A stretch of DNA of 64,000 bases from Syntrophales bacterium (GCA_963662405.2 CAXXKT010000001.1:1248001-1312000), one strand, 5' to 3'. Counted from the stretch's first letter, positions 9,647-22,429 are shown. A program made the numbers and translations. The notes: generated by a model not told the origin, from the sequence alone.

Positions 9647-10903
9647 ATGGATACAATTGTTCTGCAGGGAGGCGGGAGGCTGCGCGGTGATGTCCACATC
9701 AGCGGCGCCAAAAACGCGGCGCTTCCCGTTCTTGTTTCATCACTCCTCACCGGTGGGTGGAATACGTATCATAATGTTCCCGACCTCGCAGATGTTAGGA
9801 CGATCAAAAAACTCCTGGCCGGGTTCGGTGCCGAGATCGATGAAGGTGAAGCGCTCAGGATCAATACGGATACCATTACGAGTCATGAAGCCCCGTACGA
9901 TCTCGTCAGGACGATGCGGGCCTCGATCCTGGTCCTCGGACCGCTCGTGGCACGGACGGGGAGGGCACGGGTATCGCTCCCCGGGGGATGCGCAATCGGG
10001 GCCCGACCGGTTAATCTGCACCTGAAGGCGCTCCGGGCGATGGGAGCCGAGATCAACCTCCAGGAAGGGTATGTCGAAGTTCGTGCCCCTCGACTCAGGG
10101 GGGCCACCGTCTATTTCGATATATCGACGGTGACCGGGACCGAGAATATCCTGATGGCCGCCACGCTGGCCAAGGGAACGACGGTCCTTGAAAATGCGGC
10201 CAGCGAGCCCGAGGTTGTCAATCTTGCCGATACCCTTATTGGTATGGGGGCGAAGATCAGCGGCGCGGGGACCGATGTGATAGAAATCGAAGGGGTGGAT
10301 GCCCTCCGGGCGGTAGAAGCACGGATCATCCCCGACCGGATTGAGGCGGGGACCTATATGATCGCGACGGGGATCACCGGAGGAGATATCACGATCCGGG
10401 GCTGCCGGCCGGACCATCTCGACACCGTGATCGTGAAGCTGCGTGAGGCGGGAGTGAAGATTATTCCCACGGGAGAGGGGCTTCGAGTTATCAGTGACGG
10501 AAACATAACCAGTGTGGATGTTCAGACACTCCCCTACCCAGGTTTCCCGACGGATCTCCAGGCGCAGATGATGGCCCTCATGTGTCTGGGGAGCGGGAGT
10601 AGTATCATCAAGGAGACGGTTTTTGAAAACAGGTTCATGCATGTCAATGAATTGCTCCGGATGGGGGCTGACATCACCGTCGATGGGGGGACTGCCATCG
10701 TCAGAGGGGTTCCCGGTCTGCGTGGTGCCCCGGTGATGGCAACGGACCTGAGGGCATCTGCATCTCTGATCCTTGCAGGTCTGGTGGCCGAAGGGGCCAC
10801 CGAGATTTCCAGGATCTACCACATAGACCGGGGGTATGAACGGATTGAAGAGAAGCTGTCCGCTCTCGGGGCTGCAATCAGGAGGATAAAGGGAAGATCT
10901 TGA
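9647..10903 (+). CDS. murA: UDP-N-acetylglucosamine 1-carboxyvinyltransferase
   Basis: [35 protein letters not shown]. Confidence 0.97.
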   Translation: MDTIVLQGGGRLRGDVHISGAKNAALPVLVSSLLTGGWNTYHNVPDLADVRTIKKLLAGFGAEIDEGEALRINTDTITSHEAPYDLVRTMRASILVLGPLVARTGRARVSLPGGCAIGARPVNLHLKALRAMGAEINLQEGYVEVRAPRLRGATVYFDISTVTGTENILMAATLAKGTTVLENAASEPEVVNLADTLIGMGAKISGAGTDVIEIEGVDALRAVEARIIPDRIEAGTYMIATGITGGDITIRGCRPDHLDTVIVKLREAGVKIIPTGEGLRVISDGNITSVDVQTLPYPGFPTDLQAQMMALMCLGSGSSIIKETVFENRFMHVNELLRMGADITVDGGTAIVRGVPGLRGAPVMATDLRASASLILAGLVAEGATEISRIYHIDRGYERIEEKLSALGAAIRRIKGRS

Positions 10904-12204
10904 AATTGTTCAGAACGCAGGACACGATGTTTGCCGGGGAACTTGACCGCATTGTACACCGGAAAAACCGGACGCCCCGGGAGGTGGTGGATGTTGTTGC
11001 CCGGATCGTAGATGATGTCGAGAAAAGGGGTGACGATGCCCTCTTTACCTACACGCAGCAGCTTGACGGGGTATTGCTCAACGAACGGACGGTCGAGATC
11101 TCTCCGGACGAGGTGGAGGCGGCACTGAAAACAGTCGCTCCCGATGATATCGATATCCTCACGCTGTCCGCGTCGCGGATCAGGGCCTTTCACGAGAGAC
11201 AGCGCACGGAATCGTGGTCGTTCCTCGATGAGGAAGGAATAGAGCTTGGGCAGGTGATACGTCCCCTCTCGCGCGTGGGGATCTACGCACCGGGTGGCCG
11301 GGCAACCTATCCCTCCACGGTACTGATGGCGGCGATTCCTGCCCGGGTTGCGGGCGTCCGAGAGATCATCCTGGCCTCCCCCGCCAAGGAGGGGATCATC
11401 AATCCCCTGCTCCTTGTCGCCGCACACCTTGCCGGTGTCGATCGGATTTTCCGGATCGGGGGTGCCCAGGCCATTGCCGCGCTTGCCTATGGAACAGAGT
11501 CCGTCCCGCGGGTGGACAAGATCGTCGGACCCGGAAACGCCTATGTGGCCACGGCCAAGCGGATGGTCTACGGGACGGTGGGGATCGATATGATCGCGGG
11601 ACCCAGCGAGATCGTGGTTGTCGCCGATGCGACGGCGCAGCCGCCGGTGGTGGCGGCCGATCTGTTATCCCAGGCGGAACATGACCCAATGGCGGGGGCT
11701 ATTCTCCTGACGCCGGAGGGGGATCTTGCACGGCGGGTTTCCTCCGAGGTCGGGATTCAGTTGCGTGCATTGAAGAGTCCGGTTGCCGCGCAAGCCATTG
11801 AGGACTATGGCGCGGCGATTGTCACCGTCGATCTCGATGAAGCGATCGATATTGCGAACCGCCTTGCACCGGAGCATCTTGAACTGATGGTGGCCGATCC
11901 CAAGGCCCTTTTGGAAAAGGTCACGAACGCGGGGGCGGTATTCCTGGGCCCCCATACTCCCGAGGCCCTGGGAGACTATATTGCCGGCCCCAACCATATC
12001 CTCCCCACGGGGGGGACGGCGCGATTTTCCTCCCCCCTCGGGGTCTACGATTTTATCAAGAGGATGAGCGTGCTTTCCTTCTCCGAGGAGGCCCTCGGGA
12101 TTTACGGTTCCCGGACCGTCAGATTTGCCGAAATGGAGGGGCTTGAGGCACACGGGCGGTCCATAACAACCCGATTCCGCGAGGGGAGAGCAAAAAAAAC
12201 TTGA
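10900..12204 (+). CDS. hisD: Histidinol dehydrogenase
   Basis: [46 protein letters not shown]. Confidence 0.97.
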   Translation: MKLFRTQDTMFAGELDRIVHRKNRTPREVVDVVARIVDDVEKRGDDALFTYTQQLDGVLLNERTVEISPDEVEAALKTVAPDDIDILTLSASRIRAFHERQRTESWSFLDEEGIELGQVIRPLSRVGIYAPGGRATYPSTVLMAAIPARVAGVREIILASPAKEGIINPLLLVAAHLAGVDRIFRIGGAQAIAALAYGTESVPRVDKIVGPGNAYVATAKRMVYGTVGIDMIAGPSEIVVVADATAQPPVVAADLLSQAEHDPMAGAILLTPEGDLARRVSSEVGIQLRALKSPVAAQAIEDYGAAIVTVDLDEAIDIANRLAPEHLELMVADPKALLEKVTNAGAVFLGPHTPEALGDYIAGPNHILPTGGTARFSSPLGVYDFIKRMSVLSFSEEALGIYGSRTVRFAEMEGLEAHGRSITTRFREGRAKKT

Positions 12205-12251
12205 CAAAAGACGCGCGGTCGCCTAAATCGCGGTGTGTGCTTGATAAGTGA

Positions 12252-12326
12252 GCGGGCGTAATTCAGGGGTAGAATGTCAGCTTCCCAAGCTGAATGTCGT
12301 GGGTTCGAATCCCATCGCCCGCTCCA
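12252..12326 (+). tRNA. tRNA-Gly (CCC)
   Basis: Cloverleaf GCGGGCG...TCAGC-TTCCCAA-GCTGA...GGTTCGAAT...CGCCCGCTCCA. Confidence 0.95.
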
Positions 12327-12373
12327 ATCTTTTCGGTTGCAAAAGAACCTGTGCTATGTTAGTACCGACCAAG

Positions 12374-12397
12374 AAGTGGGCTATGCCCGCTTTTTTT
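12374..12397 (+). promoter_or_regulatory. rimP leader hairpin / terminator-like element
   Basis: AAGTGGGC-TAT-GCCCGCTT followed by a T-run just upstream of the rimP SD. Confidence 0.65.
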
Positions 12398-12415
12398 ATT
12401 TTTTGAGGGTGCGCG

Positions 12416-12880
12416 ATGGGGTATCGGGAACAAATCGTAAGGCTGGTTGAACCGATCGTCGAATCGGAACGGATGGAGCTGGTCGATGTCGAATGTCTCA
12501 GGGGACCGTCCCGCTGGACAATCAGGATATACATTGATAAAGAGGGAGGAATAACTCTTGATGATTGTGCCCTTATAAGCGGTGAGGTCGGAGATCTCCT
12601 CGATATTCACGAAATCCTCCCGGGTCCGTACAACCTGGAGATATCGTCCCCTGGGCTTGACCGCCCACTGGTGAAAGACAAAGATTTCATTCGGTACGAA
12701 GGTCAGATGATCGCTGTCCGTGTTGAGGAAAAGATTGAAGGAAAGAGGAAATTCACGGGCCGGCTAATCGAATTTGTTGAAAACGAAAGTGAAGGAAGCC
12801 TTGTCGTAGAGGTGAATAAGAAGCGGTATACCATACCACGGGGCATGGTGGTCAAGGCACATCTTGTACATGAATTTTGA
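12416..12880 (+). CDS. rimP: Ribosome maturation factor RimP
   Basis: IYIDKEGGITLDDC, YNLEISSPGLDRPL; upstream of nusA. Confidence 0.95.
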   Translation: MGYREQIVRLVEPIVESERMELVDVECLRGPSRWTIRIYIDKEGGITLDDCALISGEVGDLLDIHEILPGPYNLEISSPGLDRPLVKDKDFIRYEGQMIAVRVEEKIEGKRKFTGRLIEFVENESEGSLVVEVNKKRYTIPRGMVVKAHLVHEF

Positions 12881-12981
12881 TACACTTGCCCGGCTTGGGG
12901 TCGGGTAGTAGCAGGACCCCGATGCAGGGAGAAGGTTGATTGTTTACGAAGTCGTCAATTTGAGTTCGGAGGATCGGTATC

Positions 12982-14250
12982 ATGTCGCCAGATCTGAAAC
13001 GCCTCATTGAGCAGATGGGGAAAGAAAAAGGTATAGATAAACAGATAATCGTGGATGCACTGGAAACAGCCGTCTTGACCGCCGCACGGAAGAAGATGGG
13101 GCTGGACCTGGACATCGAGGTATCGTACAACGAGGAAGCCGGGGAGATGGAAACCTTCCTCTTCAAGACGGTGGTGGAACACGTCATCAATGACGACACG
13201 CAGATCTCTCTGGAAGAGGCGCGTGAGACCATGGATGAAGATGCGGAACTGGGAGACAGCCTCGGGATCAAGGTCGAGACGGATACCTTCGGGAGAATTG
13301 CCGTCCAGACGGCCAAGCAGATCATCATTCAAAAGGTCAAAGACGCCGAGCGGGACAATATTTACGAGGAATACAAGGACCGGAAAGGCGAATTAGTTAA
13401 TGGCTTTGTACAGCGATTCGAGGGGGGGAGTATCATCGTCAGCCTCGGAATCTCCGAAGGAATCATCCTCCCTTCGGAACAGATCAAACGGGAATCGTTC
13501 AGGCGAGGGGAACGAATCCGGGCGTACATCTATGATGTGAAGAGAATATCCAAAGGTCCTCAGATACTCTTGTCTCGAACACACCCGGGATTTGTCAGGG
13601 CGCTCTTTGAAATGGAGGTCCCCGAGATATCCGAGGGGTTGATAGAAATTGTGAATATCGCGAGGGAGCCGGGGAACAGGACCAAGATCTCCGTCCGATC
13701 CGAAGACCGGGATATCGACCCGGTCGGGGCGTGTGTGGGGATGAGGGGGTCCAGGGTCCAGGGGGTTGTGCAGGAACTGAGGGGAGAGAAGATCGATATC
13801 GTTCCCTGTTCCGAGGATCCGGTTCGGTATATATGCAATGCCCTGTCTCCGGCCAAGGTTGACCGGGTGTACATGGATGAAGATGTCCGCACCATGGAAG
13901 TCATCGTCCCGGATGACCAGTTGTCCTTAGCTATCGGGAGGGCCGGTCAGAATGTCAGGCTGGCCGCACGGCTGACCGGTTGGAAGATCGATGTCAAGAG
14001 CGAGACCGGCGTGGAAGAAGCGAAGCATGAAGGGGCTGAATCTCTCATGAAGATTCCCGGCATTGGTGAGCGAACGGCCGAGCTTCTCTATGGGGAAGGA
14101 TTCAAGGGAATCGCGATGATAGCCTCGTCGGATCCCGAAACTCTCGGTTCGGTTAAGGGGATCAGCGAGCAGAAGGCAGCAACCTGGATCGAAGAGGCAA
14201 AGAGGATAATCGATAGTGAAAGTAGCGGGGATCTGTCCGAGAGCAGATAA
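12982..14250 (+). CDS. nusA: Transcription termination/antitermination factor NusA
   Basis: FGRIAVQTAKQ, AREPGNRTK, DPVGACVGMRGSRV, AIGRAGQNVRLA. Confidence 0.97.
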   Translation: MSPDLKRLIEQMGKEKGIDKQIIVDALETAVLTAARKKMGLDLDIEVSYNEEAGEMETFLFKTVVEHVINDDTQISLEEARETMDEDAELGDSLGIKVETDTFGRIAVQTAKQIIIQKVKDAERDNIYEEYKDRKGELVNGFVQRFEGGSIIVSLGISEGIILPSEQIKRESFRRGERIRAYIYDVKRISKGPQILLSRTHPGFVRALFEMEVPEISEGLIEIVNIAREPGNRTKISVRSEDRDIDPVGACVGMRGSRVQGVVQELRGEKIDIVPCSEDPVRYICNALSPAKVDRVYMDEDVRTMEVIVPDDQLSLAIGRAGQNVRLAARLTGWKIDVKSETGVEEAKHEGAESLMKIPGIGERTAELLYGEGFKGIAMIASSDPETLGSVKGISEQKAATWIEEAKRIIDSESSGDLSESR

Positions 14251-14283
14251 ACAGCGCCCGTTTGCTGATCAGGAGTGCCCATC

Positions 14284-16887
14284 ATGTCCAAAATAAGAGT
14301 CTATGAGTTAGCCAAAGAGCTCGGGATAGAGAACAAAGATCTCATTACGCGGCTGGAAAGACTGGGGATCGCTGTCAAGGCGCACTCAAGTTCCCTTGAA
14401 GAGGCCGATGTTGAACGGGTGCGAAAGGAGTTTGCTCTCGGCGAGAAGGACGCGATCGTAGAAAAGAGGGTGAAACGAACGGTCATCAGGAGGAGGGCGG
14501 TTCGCCAGAACGTCCCCGAGGTTGCCGATGAGCCGCCTACGGAGATTTCTCCTGAGCCGGAAGAGGAGCGGATAATACCGACGGAAGAACCGCTGCAGAC
14601 CCCTGAGGAGGGCACACCGGTTGCGGCGGTTCCTGAAAAAGAAGAAATCTCTTCGGCAGAAGCGGTTCCGAGAGCGGAGGAGGCTGCGAAAGCGACTGTG
14701 ACGCAACCGGCGGGCACGGCGGAAAAAGAGATAAAGGAAGAGGAACCGGTTCCGCAGAAAAAACCGCGGAGGACATCCGCCGTTATCGTCCGGGCGGCCG
14801 TCAAAAAGGAAGAAAAAAAGCCCGTGCCGGTGCAGCAGAAAGTCGTCTCCTCACCGGGAGAGGAGGCTCGCAAACCACCCCGGGATAGGGATATTGAACG
14901 AAAGGGCGAAGCAGAAAAGAAGGCCCCGCAGAAGCCGTCCCACAAGATAAAAAAACCGGTCGAAGTACGTGTGGGGGAGAACGATCGACGCAAGAAGACC
15001 TTCTTCAAGCAGCGGTTTGACAAGAAGGGAAAGCGATCCAGGAAAGGGATGTCCGAGGAGGAGCGAAGGAGTTGGAAAGAGGAAAAGGTTATTCCCACCA
15101 CCCGGATCATGGCGACTGAGATTACGACCCCCAAGGCCATCAAGAGGAGGGTAAAGATCGAAGAAGCCATCATGGTCGGTGACCTTGCCAAACGGATGGG
15201 GATCAAGGCCGGTGAACTGATCAGTAAACTGGTTTCTCTGGGCATGATGGTGACGATCAATCAGTCGATCGATATCGATGCCGCGACTCTCGTTGCCGCT
15301 GAATTCGGGTACCAGATCGAATCCGTCGGAGTGGAATATGAGGATATCGTTCACCGAGAGGAATCTCTCCCCGCGAGCCTCAAGCCGCGGGCGCCCGTGG
15401 TGACCGTCATGGGACATGTCGACCACGGGAAGACCTCGCTCCTTGATGTGATACGTGAGACAAACGTCATCGAGGGAGAATCGGGCGGCATTACCCAGGC
15501 CATCGGGGCTTATCATGTCCATATCAAAGGGAAAGACATCGTCTTTCTCGATACGCCGGGACATGAGGCATTCACGGCAATGCGGGCGCGGGGAGCGCAG
15601 GTAACGGATGTAGTCGTCCTCGTGGTTGCCGCCGACGACGGTGTCATGGATCAGACGGTGGAGGCCATTAACCATTCCCGCGCCGCCGGTGTTCCTCTCA
15701 TTATCGCGGTCAATAAGATCGACAAACCGAATGCCGATCCGGAACGAATCAAGCAGCAACTTGCAGAGTATGATCTTGTCCCTGAGGCATGGGGTGGGGA
15801 TACCATATATGCGGAGGTGTCCGCAAAACAGAAGGTCGGGATTGAGGAGCTGATGGAATTGATTCTCCTCCAGGCGGATATCATGGAGCTCAAGGCCGAT
15901 CCTGACCGCCTGGCTCGGGGTATCGTTATTGAAGCGAAACTCGACCGAGGTCGGGGGCCTGTCGCCACGGTCATCGTCCAGGAAGGAACCCTGAAAGAGG
16001 GGGATGCCATTGTCTCGAAAATGGAATACGGCCGGGTGCGCGCCATGATCGATGACAAGGGCCGGAGGGTCGCGGAGGCCGGTCCTTCCATGCCGGTTGA
16101 GGTGGTCGGTTTCTCCGGCGTGCCGCAGGCCGGGATGGATTTTGTGTGTGTGGAGGACGACAAGAAGGCGAGGGTTATCAGTGATCACTGGCTGAGAAAA
16201 GAACGTGAACGGGAGCTCTCACGGACCTCGAAGATCACTCTCGAACAGCTGTATGAGAGGATACAAGAGGGGGTCAAGGAACTGAATGTCATTATAAAAG
16301 CCGACGTGCAGGGATCGGTGGAGGCCCTCTCCGATTCCCTCCTGAAGCTGGGCACCGACGATGTCAAGGTGAAGCTGGTTCATACCTCTGCGGGGGGGAT
16401 CACCGAGACGGATGTGATGCTGGCATCGGCCTCCGATGCGGTTATCATCGGGTTCAAGGTCAGACCCGACGCGCGGGTCTCCGAGATTATCGAGAAGGAG
16501 GGGGTGAGCGTCAAGCTCTACGATGTCATCTACGATGTCATCGCGGATGTCAGGAATGCCATGGAAGGGCTTCTCGAACCAGTGTATGAAGAAACGGTGC
16601 AGGGTCGTGCCGAAGTCCTCCAGGTCTTTAAAGTTTCGAAGGTGGGTACAATTGCAGGGAGCCGCGTGACGGATGGAAAGATAACGAGAAACGCCCGGCT
16701 GAGGCTTCTTCGCGACGGTGTGGTTATCCACGACGGGACGTTCCAGTCGCTCAAGAGGTTCAAGGATGATGCCAAGGAGGTCCTCTCCGGATTCGAATGT
16801 GGTATCGGGGTGGATTCCTTTAACGATATCAGGGAGGGTGACGTCATAGAGACGTATACGCGAGAGGCGGTTGCCCGAAAGCTGTAG
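14284..16887 (+). CDS. infB: Translation initiation factor IF-2
   Basis: RVYELAKE N-terminus, [29 protein letters not shown] before ATG 14284. Confidence 0.97.
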   Translation: MSKIRVYELAKELGIENKDLITRLERLGIAVKAHSSSLEEADVERVRKEFALGEKDAIVEKRVKRTVIRRRAVRQNVPEVADEPPTEISPEPEEERIIPTEEPLQTPEEGTPVAAVPEKEEISSAEAVPRAEEAAKATVTQPAGTAEKEIKEEEPVPQKKPRRTSAVIVRAAVKKEEKKPVPVQQKVVSSPGEEARKPPRDRDIERKGEAEKKAPQKPSHKIKKPVEVRVGENDRRKKTFFKQRFDKKGKRSRKGMSEEERRSWKEEKVIPTTRIMATEITTPKAIKRRVKIEEAIMVGDLAKRMGIKAGELISKLVSLGMMVTINQSIDIDAATLVAAEFGYQIESVGVEYEDIVHREESLPASLKPRAPVVTVMGHVDHGKTSLLDVIRETNVIEGESGGITQAIGAYHVHIKGKDIVFLDTPGHEAFTAMRARGAQVTDVVVLVVAADDGVMDQTVEAINHSRAAGVPLIIAVNKIDKPNADPERIKQQLAEYDLVPEAWGGDTIYAEVSAKQKVGIEELMELILLQADIMELKADPDRLARGIVIEAKLDRGRGPVATVIVQEGTLKEGDAIVSKMEYGRVRAMIDDKGRRVAEAGPSMPVEVVGFSGVPQAGMDFVCVEDDKKARVISDHWLRKERERELSRTSKITLEQLYERIQEGVKELNVIIKADVQGSVEALSDSLLKLGTDDVKVKLVHTSAGGITETDVMLASASDAVIIGFKVRPDARVSEIIEKEGVSVKLYDVIYDVIADVRNAMEGLLEPVYEETVQGRAEVLQVFKVSKVGTIAGSRVTDGKITRNARLRLLRDGVVIHDGTFQSLKRFKDDAKEVLSGFECGIGVDSFNDIREGDVIETYTREAVARKL

Positions 16888-16938
16888 CAGCGAGGCCCCT
16901 TCTCTTGTTTTCGCAACAGTGTTGAGGGTTGTTTCCTG

Positions 16939-17280
16939 ATGGTTGTCGGGACGGGAATCGTGGATCTCTTTGTCGAAGGCAGCAGATCTTTGAAAGAGAA
17001 GAGATCGGTGCTGCGAAGAATCCTGGGAAGGACCCGGAACGAATTTAATGTTTCCATTGCGGAAGTAGAAGCGTACAATAGCTGGAAGAGGTGTCGGATC
17101 GGATTCAGCGTCGTGGGAAACGAAAAGGGTTTCGTCAATTCAAAGATGGATAAGATCGTGAATTTTATCGAAGGGCTGAATCTGGCGGATGTGGTTGATA
17201 TCAAAATGGAGATTTATTCCGTCTCAGGGACCTGGGGCGTAGGCGGGGGTAATGGAACCGACCAGTTTCAAGAGATCTGA
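16939..17280 (+). CDS. DUF503 (YlxP-like) protein
   Basis: SRSLKEKRSV...FNVSIAEV; usual position between infB and rbfA. Confidence 0.85.
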   Translation: MVVGTGIVDLFVEGSRSLKEKRSVLRRILGRTRNEFNVSIAEVEAYNSWKRCRIGFSVVGNEKGFVNSKMDKIVNFIEGLNLADVVDIKMEIYSVSGTWGVGGGNGTDQFQEI

Positions 17281-17608
17281 CCGGGTCGCCGATCTGATAA
17301 AGGCGGAGATATCGGATATCCTGCTGCGACAGATCAATGATCCCCAAGTCCGGGGAATCACGGTCACCGGTGTCCGGGTCACGGATGACCTCCGCCAGGC
17401 AAAGGTCTTTTTTGTCCGGATGGGACAGAACATCTGTAGTGACGAGACGATGCAGGGCCTGCGTCGGGCCGCCGGTTTTGTGCGGACGGAACTGGGGAAA
17501 CGGCTGAGGCTTCGCTATGTTCCTGAGATCCGATTTACCTTTGATGAATCGTTCGAGTATGGAGACCGCATCAACCGGCTTTTGGCGGAGATACAGAAAG
17601 ATGTTTGA
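17252..17608 (+). CDS. rbfA: Ribosome-binding factor A
   Basis: RSDRVADLI, DPQV, VTDDLRQAKV, LRYVPEIRF. Confidence 0.95.
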   Translation: MEPTSFKRSDRVADLIKAEISDILLRQINDPQVRGITVTGVRVTDDLRQAKVFFVRMGQNICSDETMQGLRRAAGFVRTELGKRLRLRYVPEIRFTFDESFEYGDRINRLLAEIQKDV

Positions 17609-18554
17609 CGAAATTGCCGAGGTGATAGAATCCTGTGCCACCTTTCTCATCACCTCCCATGTGAGGCCGGACGGTGACGCCCTGGGCTCGGAGCTGGCCC
17701 TGTATCTCGTCTTGCGCGGTATGGGGAAGGAAGCCGTTGTCTATAATCAGGACACGACGCCGGCGGTCTATCAGTTTCTTCCCGGTGCGGGTGTGATTAC
17801 GCATATTCTGGGGTCCCTTGGTGGATTCGATGCGGTCTTTGTTCTTGATTGCAGCGATATCTCGCGGGTCGGAGATGAGCAGGATAAGATAGGGTCCATA
17901 CAAAAGATCGTCAATATCGATCATCATGTCTCCACCGGTACCTTTTCAAAGATCCTGCTGACCGATTCCCGCGCGAGTTCCACGGGGGAGATGGTGCACC
18001 GTCTCCTGACCCATATGGGGGTGCCGATCACCGCTGACATTGCGACAAATCTCTACACGGCCATCATTACGGACACCGGCAGTTTTCAGTACTCCAACAC
18101 AGGGAGCGCCACCTTCCGTGTGGCCGCCGATCTGGTGGAGAAAGGTGCGGACTGTCGACATATAGCGCAAAGCATCTACGAGACCAAACCCGCCGTGCAG
18201 ATTCGCCTGATGGGAAAGGTCTTGGATACGCTGCAACTGTACCGGGGAAGGCGAGTGGGGGTTATATCCGTCACGCAGGAGATGCTCCGCACAGAGGGGG
18301 CACTTCCCGAGCATACGGAGGGTCTTGTCGATATGGTCCGATCGATACAGGGTGTCGAGGTCGCCGTCTGCTGTTATGAGGTCTCCGAGGGTCGCTACAA
18401 GATAAGCCTTCGCTCCAAAGGGGACACCGATGTGGCGCGGATTGCAGGGGCTATGGGAGGAGGAGGACACGTCAATGCCTCCGCCTGTCGGATGGAAGGA
18501 AAATTTGAGGCTGTCCGGGATACCGTCCTCGATGCCGTCGCGGTGTCGCTGTAG
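17601..18554 (+). CDS. nrnA: DHH-family nanoRNase / pAp phosphatase
   Basis: HVRPDGDALGS, NIDHH, TDTGSF, SLRS, GGGGH. Confidence 0.9.
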   Translation: MFDEIAEVIESCATFLITSHVRPDGDALGSELALYLVLRGMGKEAVVYNQDTTPAVYQFLPGAGVITHILGSLGGFDAVFVLDCSDISRVGDEQDKIGSIQKIVNIDHHVSTGTFSKILLTDSRASSTGEMVHRLLTHMGVPITADIATNLYTAIITDTGSFQYSNTGSATFRVAADLVEKGADCRHIAQSIYETKPAVQIRLMGKVLDTLQLYRGRRVGVISVTQEMLRTEGALPEHTEGLVDMVRSIQGVEVAVCCYEVSEGRYKISLRSKGDTDVARIAGAMGGGGHVNASACRMEGKFEAVRDTVLDAVAVSL

Positions 18555-18584
18555 CACGGATCTCCCGGTGAAGAATTGTGTGGT

Positions 18585-19529
18585 ATGGATGGCGTATTGA
18601 TCATTGACAAACCGTCAGGGAAGACGTCCCATGATGTTGTCCATGACGTCAAGAAGCTCATGGGTGCAAAAAAGGCCGGTCATGCGGGGACCCTTGATCC
18701 GCTGGCGACGGGAGTCCTTGCCGTTTGCATTAATGAAGCGACGAAACTCACTCGGTTTCTCTTGGAGGACAACAAGGAATACAGCGCCACCATGCTTCTG
18801 GGTGTCAGGACGGACACCCTCGACAGGGAAGGTACGGTGACGGAACGCCGGGAGCCCCGGTTTTCGGAACAAGAGATACGGGAGGCGGTCGCGGGGTTTG
18901 TCGGTCGGATAGAACAGAGGGTCCCGAAGTATGCCGCCGTCAAATTTAAGGGGAAGCCGCTCTATAAGTGGACGCGTCAGGGAGTCGATATCGAGCCGCC
19001 CGTCCGGATGGTCAGTATACGGCAGATCAGCGTGGCTACAATACGGATGCCCTATGTGACCTTCACCGTCTCCTGCTCGAAGGGTACCTATATCCGGTCT
19101 TTGTGTGCCGACATGGGTGATCTCTTGGGGTGTGGGGCCAGTCTTTTCGATCTCAGGCGGACACGAAGCGGGGCTTTCACCCTGGAGGATGCCGTCTCGA
19201 TGGAGGACATGACAGGGGGGAAAAAACGTTCGGTCCTGGAGGAGAAGATGATCCCCCTGACGGAGATGCTTCCCGAGGCGGGCGCGGTGATTGTTGATGA
19301 ATATACTGAGGACAGGATAAGGAAGGGGTATCAGCCCGGGTGCGGTTTTTTGAGGGATGCACAGGCCCCTTTGCCGGAGGGAGGAGATCTGATAAAATTT
19401 GTTGCGAAGGACGGGAGGATTGTCGCCGTTGCCCGGCTGTTGTTCTCGCCGGAGGAGCTTTTTCGGATGGACGACCAATGTCAGGCGGTCAAGATTTTAC
19501 GGGTTCTTAACCATCAAAATACGATATAA
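18585..19529 (+). CDS. truB: tRNA pseudouridine(55) synthase
   Basis: DKPSGKTSHD, GHAGTLDPLATG, CSKGTYIRSL. Confidence 0.96.
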   Translation: MDGVLIIDKPSGKTSHDVVHDVKKLMGAKKAGHAGTLDPLATGVLAVCINEATKLTRFLLEDNKEYSATMLLGVRTDTLDREGTVTERREPRFSEQEIREAVAGFVGRIEQRVPKYAAVKFKGKPLYKWTRQGVDIEPPVRMVSIRQISVATIRMPYVTFTVSCSKGTYIRSLCADMGDLLGCGASLFDLRRTRSGAFTLEDAVSMEDMTGGKKRSVLEEKMIPLTEMLPEAGAVIVDEYTEDRIRKGYQPGCGFLRDAQAPLPEGGDLIKFVAKDGRIVAVARLLFSPEELFRMDDQCQAVKILRVLNHQNTI

Positions 19530-19553
19530 ACGAATAAGGGAGGATAGGCAGCT

Positions 19554-19820
19554 GTGCTAGATGAAGAAAGGAAAAAAGAGATAATTGCTAATTTCCAGAC
19601 CCATGAGGGAGATACTGGGTCCCCGGAGGTCCAGATTGCCCTTATGAGCGGCAGGATCGAGTATCTGACGGAACATTTCAAGACCCACAAGAAAGACCAT
19701 CATTCCCGAAGGGGACTTCTGAAACTGGTGGGACAGAGGAGGAGTATGCTCGATTACCTCAAGAAGAAGGATATTGAGCGATACCGAGAGCTTATCAAGC
19801 GTCTCGGATTGAGAAGATAA
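19554..19820 (+). CDS. rpsO: 30S ribosomal protein S15
   Basis: [24 protein letters not shown] start. Confidence 0.97.
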   Translation: MLDEERKKEIIANFQTHEGDTGSPEVQIALMSGRIEYLTEHFKTHKKDHHSRRGLLKLVGQRRSMLDYLKKKDIERYRELIKRLGLRR

Positions 19821-19847
19821 AAAAAATAAAGGAGAAATCCATTCATT

Positions 19848-21956
19848 ATGAGTGAAGTATTTGCAACGACCTTCGCGGGAAGGGACGTGTCTATCAAGAC
19901 AAACTATCTCGCCGGGCAGGCGGACGGATCCGTCTTGGTTTCCTACGGTGACACGCTTGTTCTGGTGACCGCCGTTTCGCTGAAGACCGCGCGTGAGGGG
20001 GTTGACTTTCTGCCTCTAACCGTTGATTACCAAGAAAAGACGTTCGCCGCGGGGAAGATCCCTGGCGGGTTTTTCAAGAGAGAAGGGCGTCTCAACGAGA
20101 AGGAGATCCTGACATCTCGGATCATTGACCGGTCGATCCGTCCCCTTTTCCCCGAGGGATATGTGTATGAGACCCAGATCGTCGCCACCGTTCTGTCGGT
20201 GGACGATGAACATGACTCCGACATCGCGGCCATGCTGGGGACCTCCGCGGCTCTCGGCATGTCTGACATCCCTTTTAAGGGGCCTGTCGCCGGGGTACGG
20301 GTAGGGAAAGTGGGCGATACGCTGGTGTGCAACCCCTCGGACGAGCAGATGGAACAGAGCGATTTGGAGCTTTTCCTCGTGGGGAGGAAGATCCCTTCCC
20401 CCGATTCGGCGACCAGTTTTGATGTTAACCTCGTCATGCTGGAAGGGGGTGCCTCCGAGGTCCCGGAAGACGAGGTTCTTGAAGCCATTACCTTTGGCTT
20501 GGAATCGATGAGGCCGGTTATTGAATTGCAGGACAAGATCTGTCAGGCGGTTGGAAAGACCAAGAGAGAGGTTCAACCCCCTGAGATCAGCGAAGAACTT
20601 CGCAGAAAAGTCAAAGACGTTGCCTATGCCGGCCTCCAGGATGCCTATGCCGAGGGGAAAAAACTGGAACGTTACGCCAAGAGGGCCGAGGTCAAGAGAA
20701 AGATGGTCGAGGCATTGAATGCCGACGAGGCCGGATTCGATCCCAAGGCCGCGGTTGTCTTTGAGGAACTGGAACAGGAGATCATCCGGCAGATGATATT
20801 GGTCGACAAAAAACGGATTGACGGACGATCCAGTACGGACATCCGGCCGATTACGTCCGAGGCCGGTATCCTTCCGAGGGCACATGGCTCCGGCCTCTTT
20901 ACGAGGGGTGAAACGCAGGCCTTGGTCGCCCTTACGCTGGGGACCTCCTCGGATGAACAGAGGTTGGACTTCATCGATGGGGAAGAGATGCGGACTTTTA
21001 TGGTGCACTACAATTTTCCTCCCTTCTCCGTTGCGGAGGCGCGTCCTCTGAGAGGTCCCGGAAGGCGGGAAATCGGTCATGGGGCACTTGCCCGGAGGGC
21101 GCTGCTTCCTGTTTTGCCCCAGCACGAAGACTTTCCCTATACAATCCGGCTCGTTTCCGAAATATTGTCCTCAAACGGATCATCCTCCATGGCGACGGTA
21201 TGTGGCGGAACGCTCTCGTTGATGGATGCCGGCGTTCCGATCAAAGATACCGTCGCAGGCATCGCGATGGGGCTCTTGAAGGAAGGGGATGACGTCGTGA
21301 TCCTTTCCGATATCCTCGGAGATGAAGATCATGCCGGTGACATGGATTTCAAGGTATGCGGCACGAAAAAAGGGATTACAGCCCTCCAGATGGATATCAA
21401 GGTCGATCGGCTGTCGGAGGCGATTTTGAAGGATGCCCTGTATCAGGCGCGGGACGGTCGCGTCTTTATTATCAACAAGCTGTGCGAGACGATGGATGCA
21501 CCCCGCGGAGATCTTTCTCCCTATGCCCCGAGGATTACTACTATCATGGTGAAACAGGAGAAGATTCGAGACGTCATCGGCACCGGAGGGAAGAATATCC
21601 GTCAAATCATCAGCGAAACGGGAGTGTCGATGGATGTGGAGGATGATGGTACGGTAACCATCGCCTCGAATGACGGTGAGTCGGCGGCACGGGCGATTGC
21701 CATGGTCAAGGCGTTGACCGAAGAGCCTGAGATCGGTAGAATCTACGAGGGAACGGTGAAAAAGATCCTCGATTTTGGGGCCTTTGTGGAGATTCTCCCG
21801 GGGACCGACGGCCTGGTACACATATCCCAGCTGGACAATCGCAGAGTAGAGAAGGTGACCGATGTGCTCAGTGAGGGTGATACCGTACGTGTCAAGGTTA
21901 TTGATATCGACCGAGGCGGCAAGATACGACTGAGCAGGAAAGATGCCCTTGCATAA
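19848..21956 (+). CDS. pnp: Polyribonucleotide nucleotidyltransferase
   Basis: [33 protein letters not shown] and S1 domains. Confidence 0.97.
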   Translation: MSEVFATTFAGRDVSIKTNYLAGQADGSVLVSYGDTLVLVTAVSLKTAREGVDFLPLTVDYQEKTFAAGKIPGGFFKREGRLNEKEILTSRIIDRSIRPLFPEGYVYETQIVATVLSVDDEHDSDIAAMLGTSAALGMSDIPFKGPVAGVRVGKVGDTLVCNPSDEQMEQSDLELFLVGRKIPSPDSATSFDVNLVMLEGGASEVPEDEVLEAITFGLESMRPVIELQDKICQAVGKTKREVQPPEISEELRRKVKDVAYAGLQDAYAEGKKLERYAKRAEVKRKMVEALNADEAGFDPKAAVVFEELEQEIIRQMILVDKKRIDGRSSTDIRPITSEAGILPRAHGSGLFTRGETQALVALTLGTSSDEQRLDFIDGEEMRTFMVHYNFPPFSVAEARPLRGPGRREIGHGALARRALLPVLPQHEDFPYTIRLVSEILSSNGSSSMATVCGGTLSLMDAGVPIKDTVAGIAMGLLKEGDDVVILSDILGDEDHAGDMDFKVCGTKKGITALQMDIKVDRLSEAILKDALYQARDGRVFIINKLCETMDAPRGDLSPYAPRITTIMVKQEKIRDVIGTGGKNIRQIISETGVSMDVEDDGTVTIASNDGESAARAIAMVKALTEEPEIGRIYEGTVKKILDFGAFVEILPGTDGLVHISQLDNRRVEKVTDVLSEGDTVRVKVIDIDRGGKIRLSRKDALA

Positions 21957-22395
21957 CAGGGTCGCAATTTCCGTTAAGAGGTTACATGGTTTTGACCTCC
22001 CCCTCCCCCGATATATGACGGAGGATTCGGCGGGGATGGATATCTGTGCTGCGGTGGAGGGTGATATCGCCCTCCACCCCGGTGAGAGAATCCTGATCCC
22101 CACAGGGTTCGCCGTTGCTCTCCCACCCGGATACGAGGCCCAGATCCGACCGCGGAGCGGCCTGGCCGTGGAAGCGGGGGTGACTCTCCTCAACGCTCCC
22201 GGTACCATCGACGCCGATTATCGGGGTGAGGTCCGGGTCCTGATAATCAACCATGGCACCGAGGCCTTTGTAGTCAAGCGAGGTGATCGTATCGCCCAGA
22301 TGGTGATCCAACCGGTGTCTCGTGCCGTGTGGGAGGTGAGTGACGATCTTGATCGGACGAGAAGGGGCGAAGGGGGGTTCGGACACACCGGTTGA
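21943..22395 (+). CDS. dut: dUTP diphosphatase
   Basis: [32 protein letters not shown]. Confidence 0.96.
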   Translation: MPLHNRVAISVKRLHGFDLPLPRYMTEDSAGMDICAAVEGDIALHPGERILIPTGFAVALPPGYEAQIRPRSGLAVEAGVTLLNAPGTIDADYRGEVRVLIINHGTEAFVVKRGDRIAQMVIQPVSRAVWEVSDDLDRTRRGEGGFGHTG

Positions 22396-22429
22396 TCCCT
22401 CCGGATGGAACTTCCGATACAAAACAGCC

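Noticed and set aside
12252..12420. tRNA-Gly as an integration site
   Set aside because: No integrase, no duplicated tRNA 3' end, and the flanks are core genes.
17220..17280. DUF503 C-terminal extension overlapping rbfA as a third frameshift
   Set aside because: Both ORFs are intact, and a lost stop codon giving a short overlap is common.
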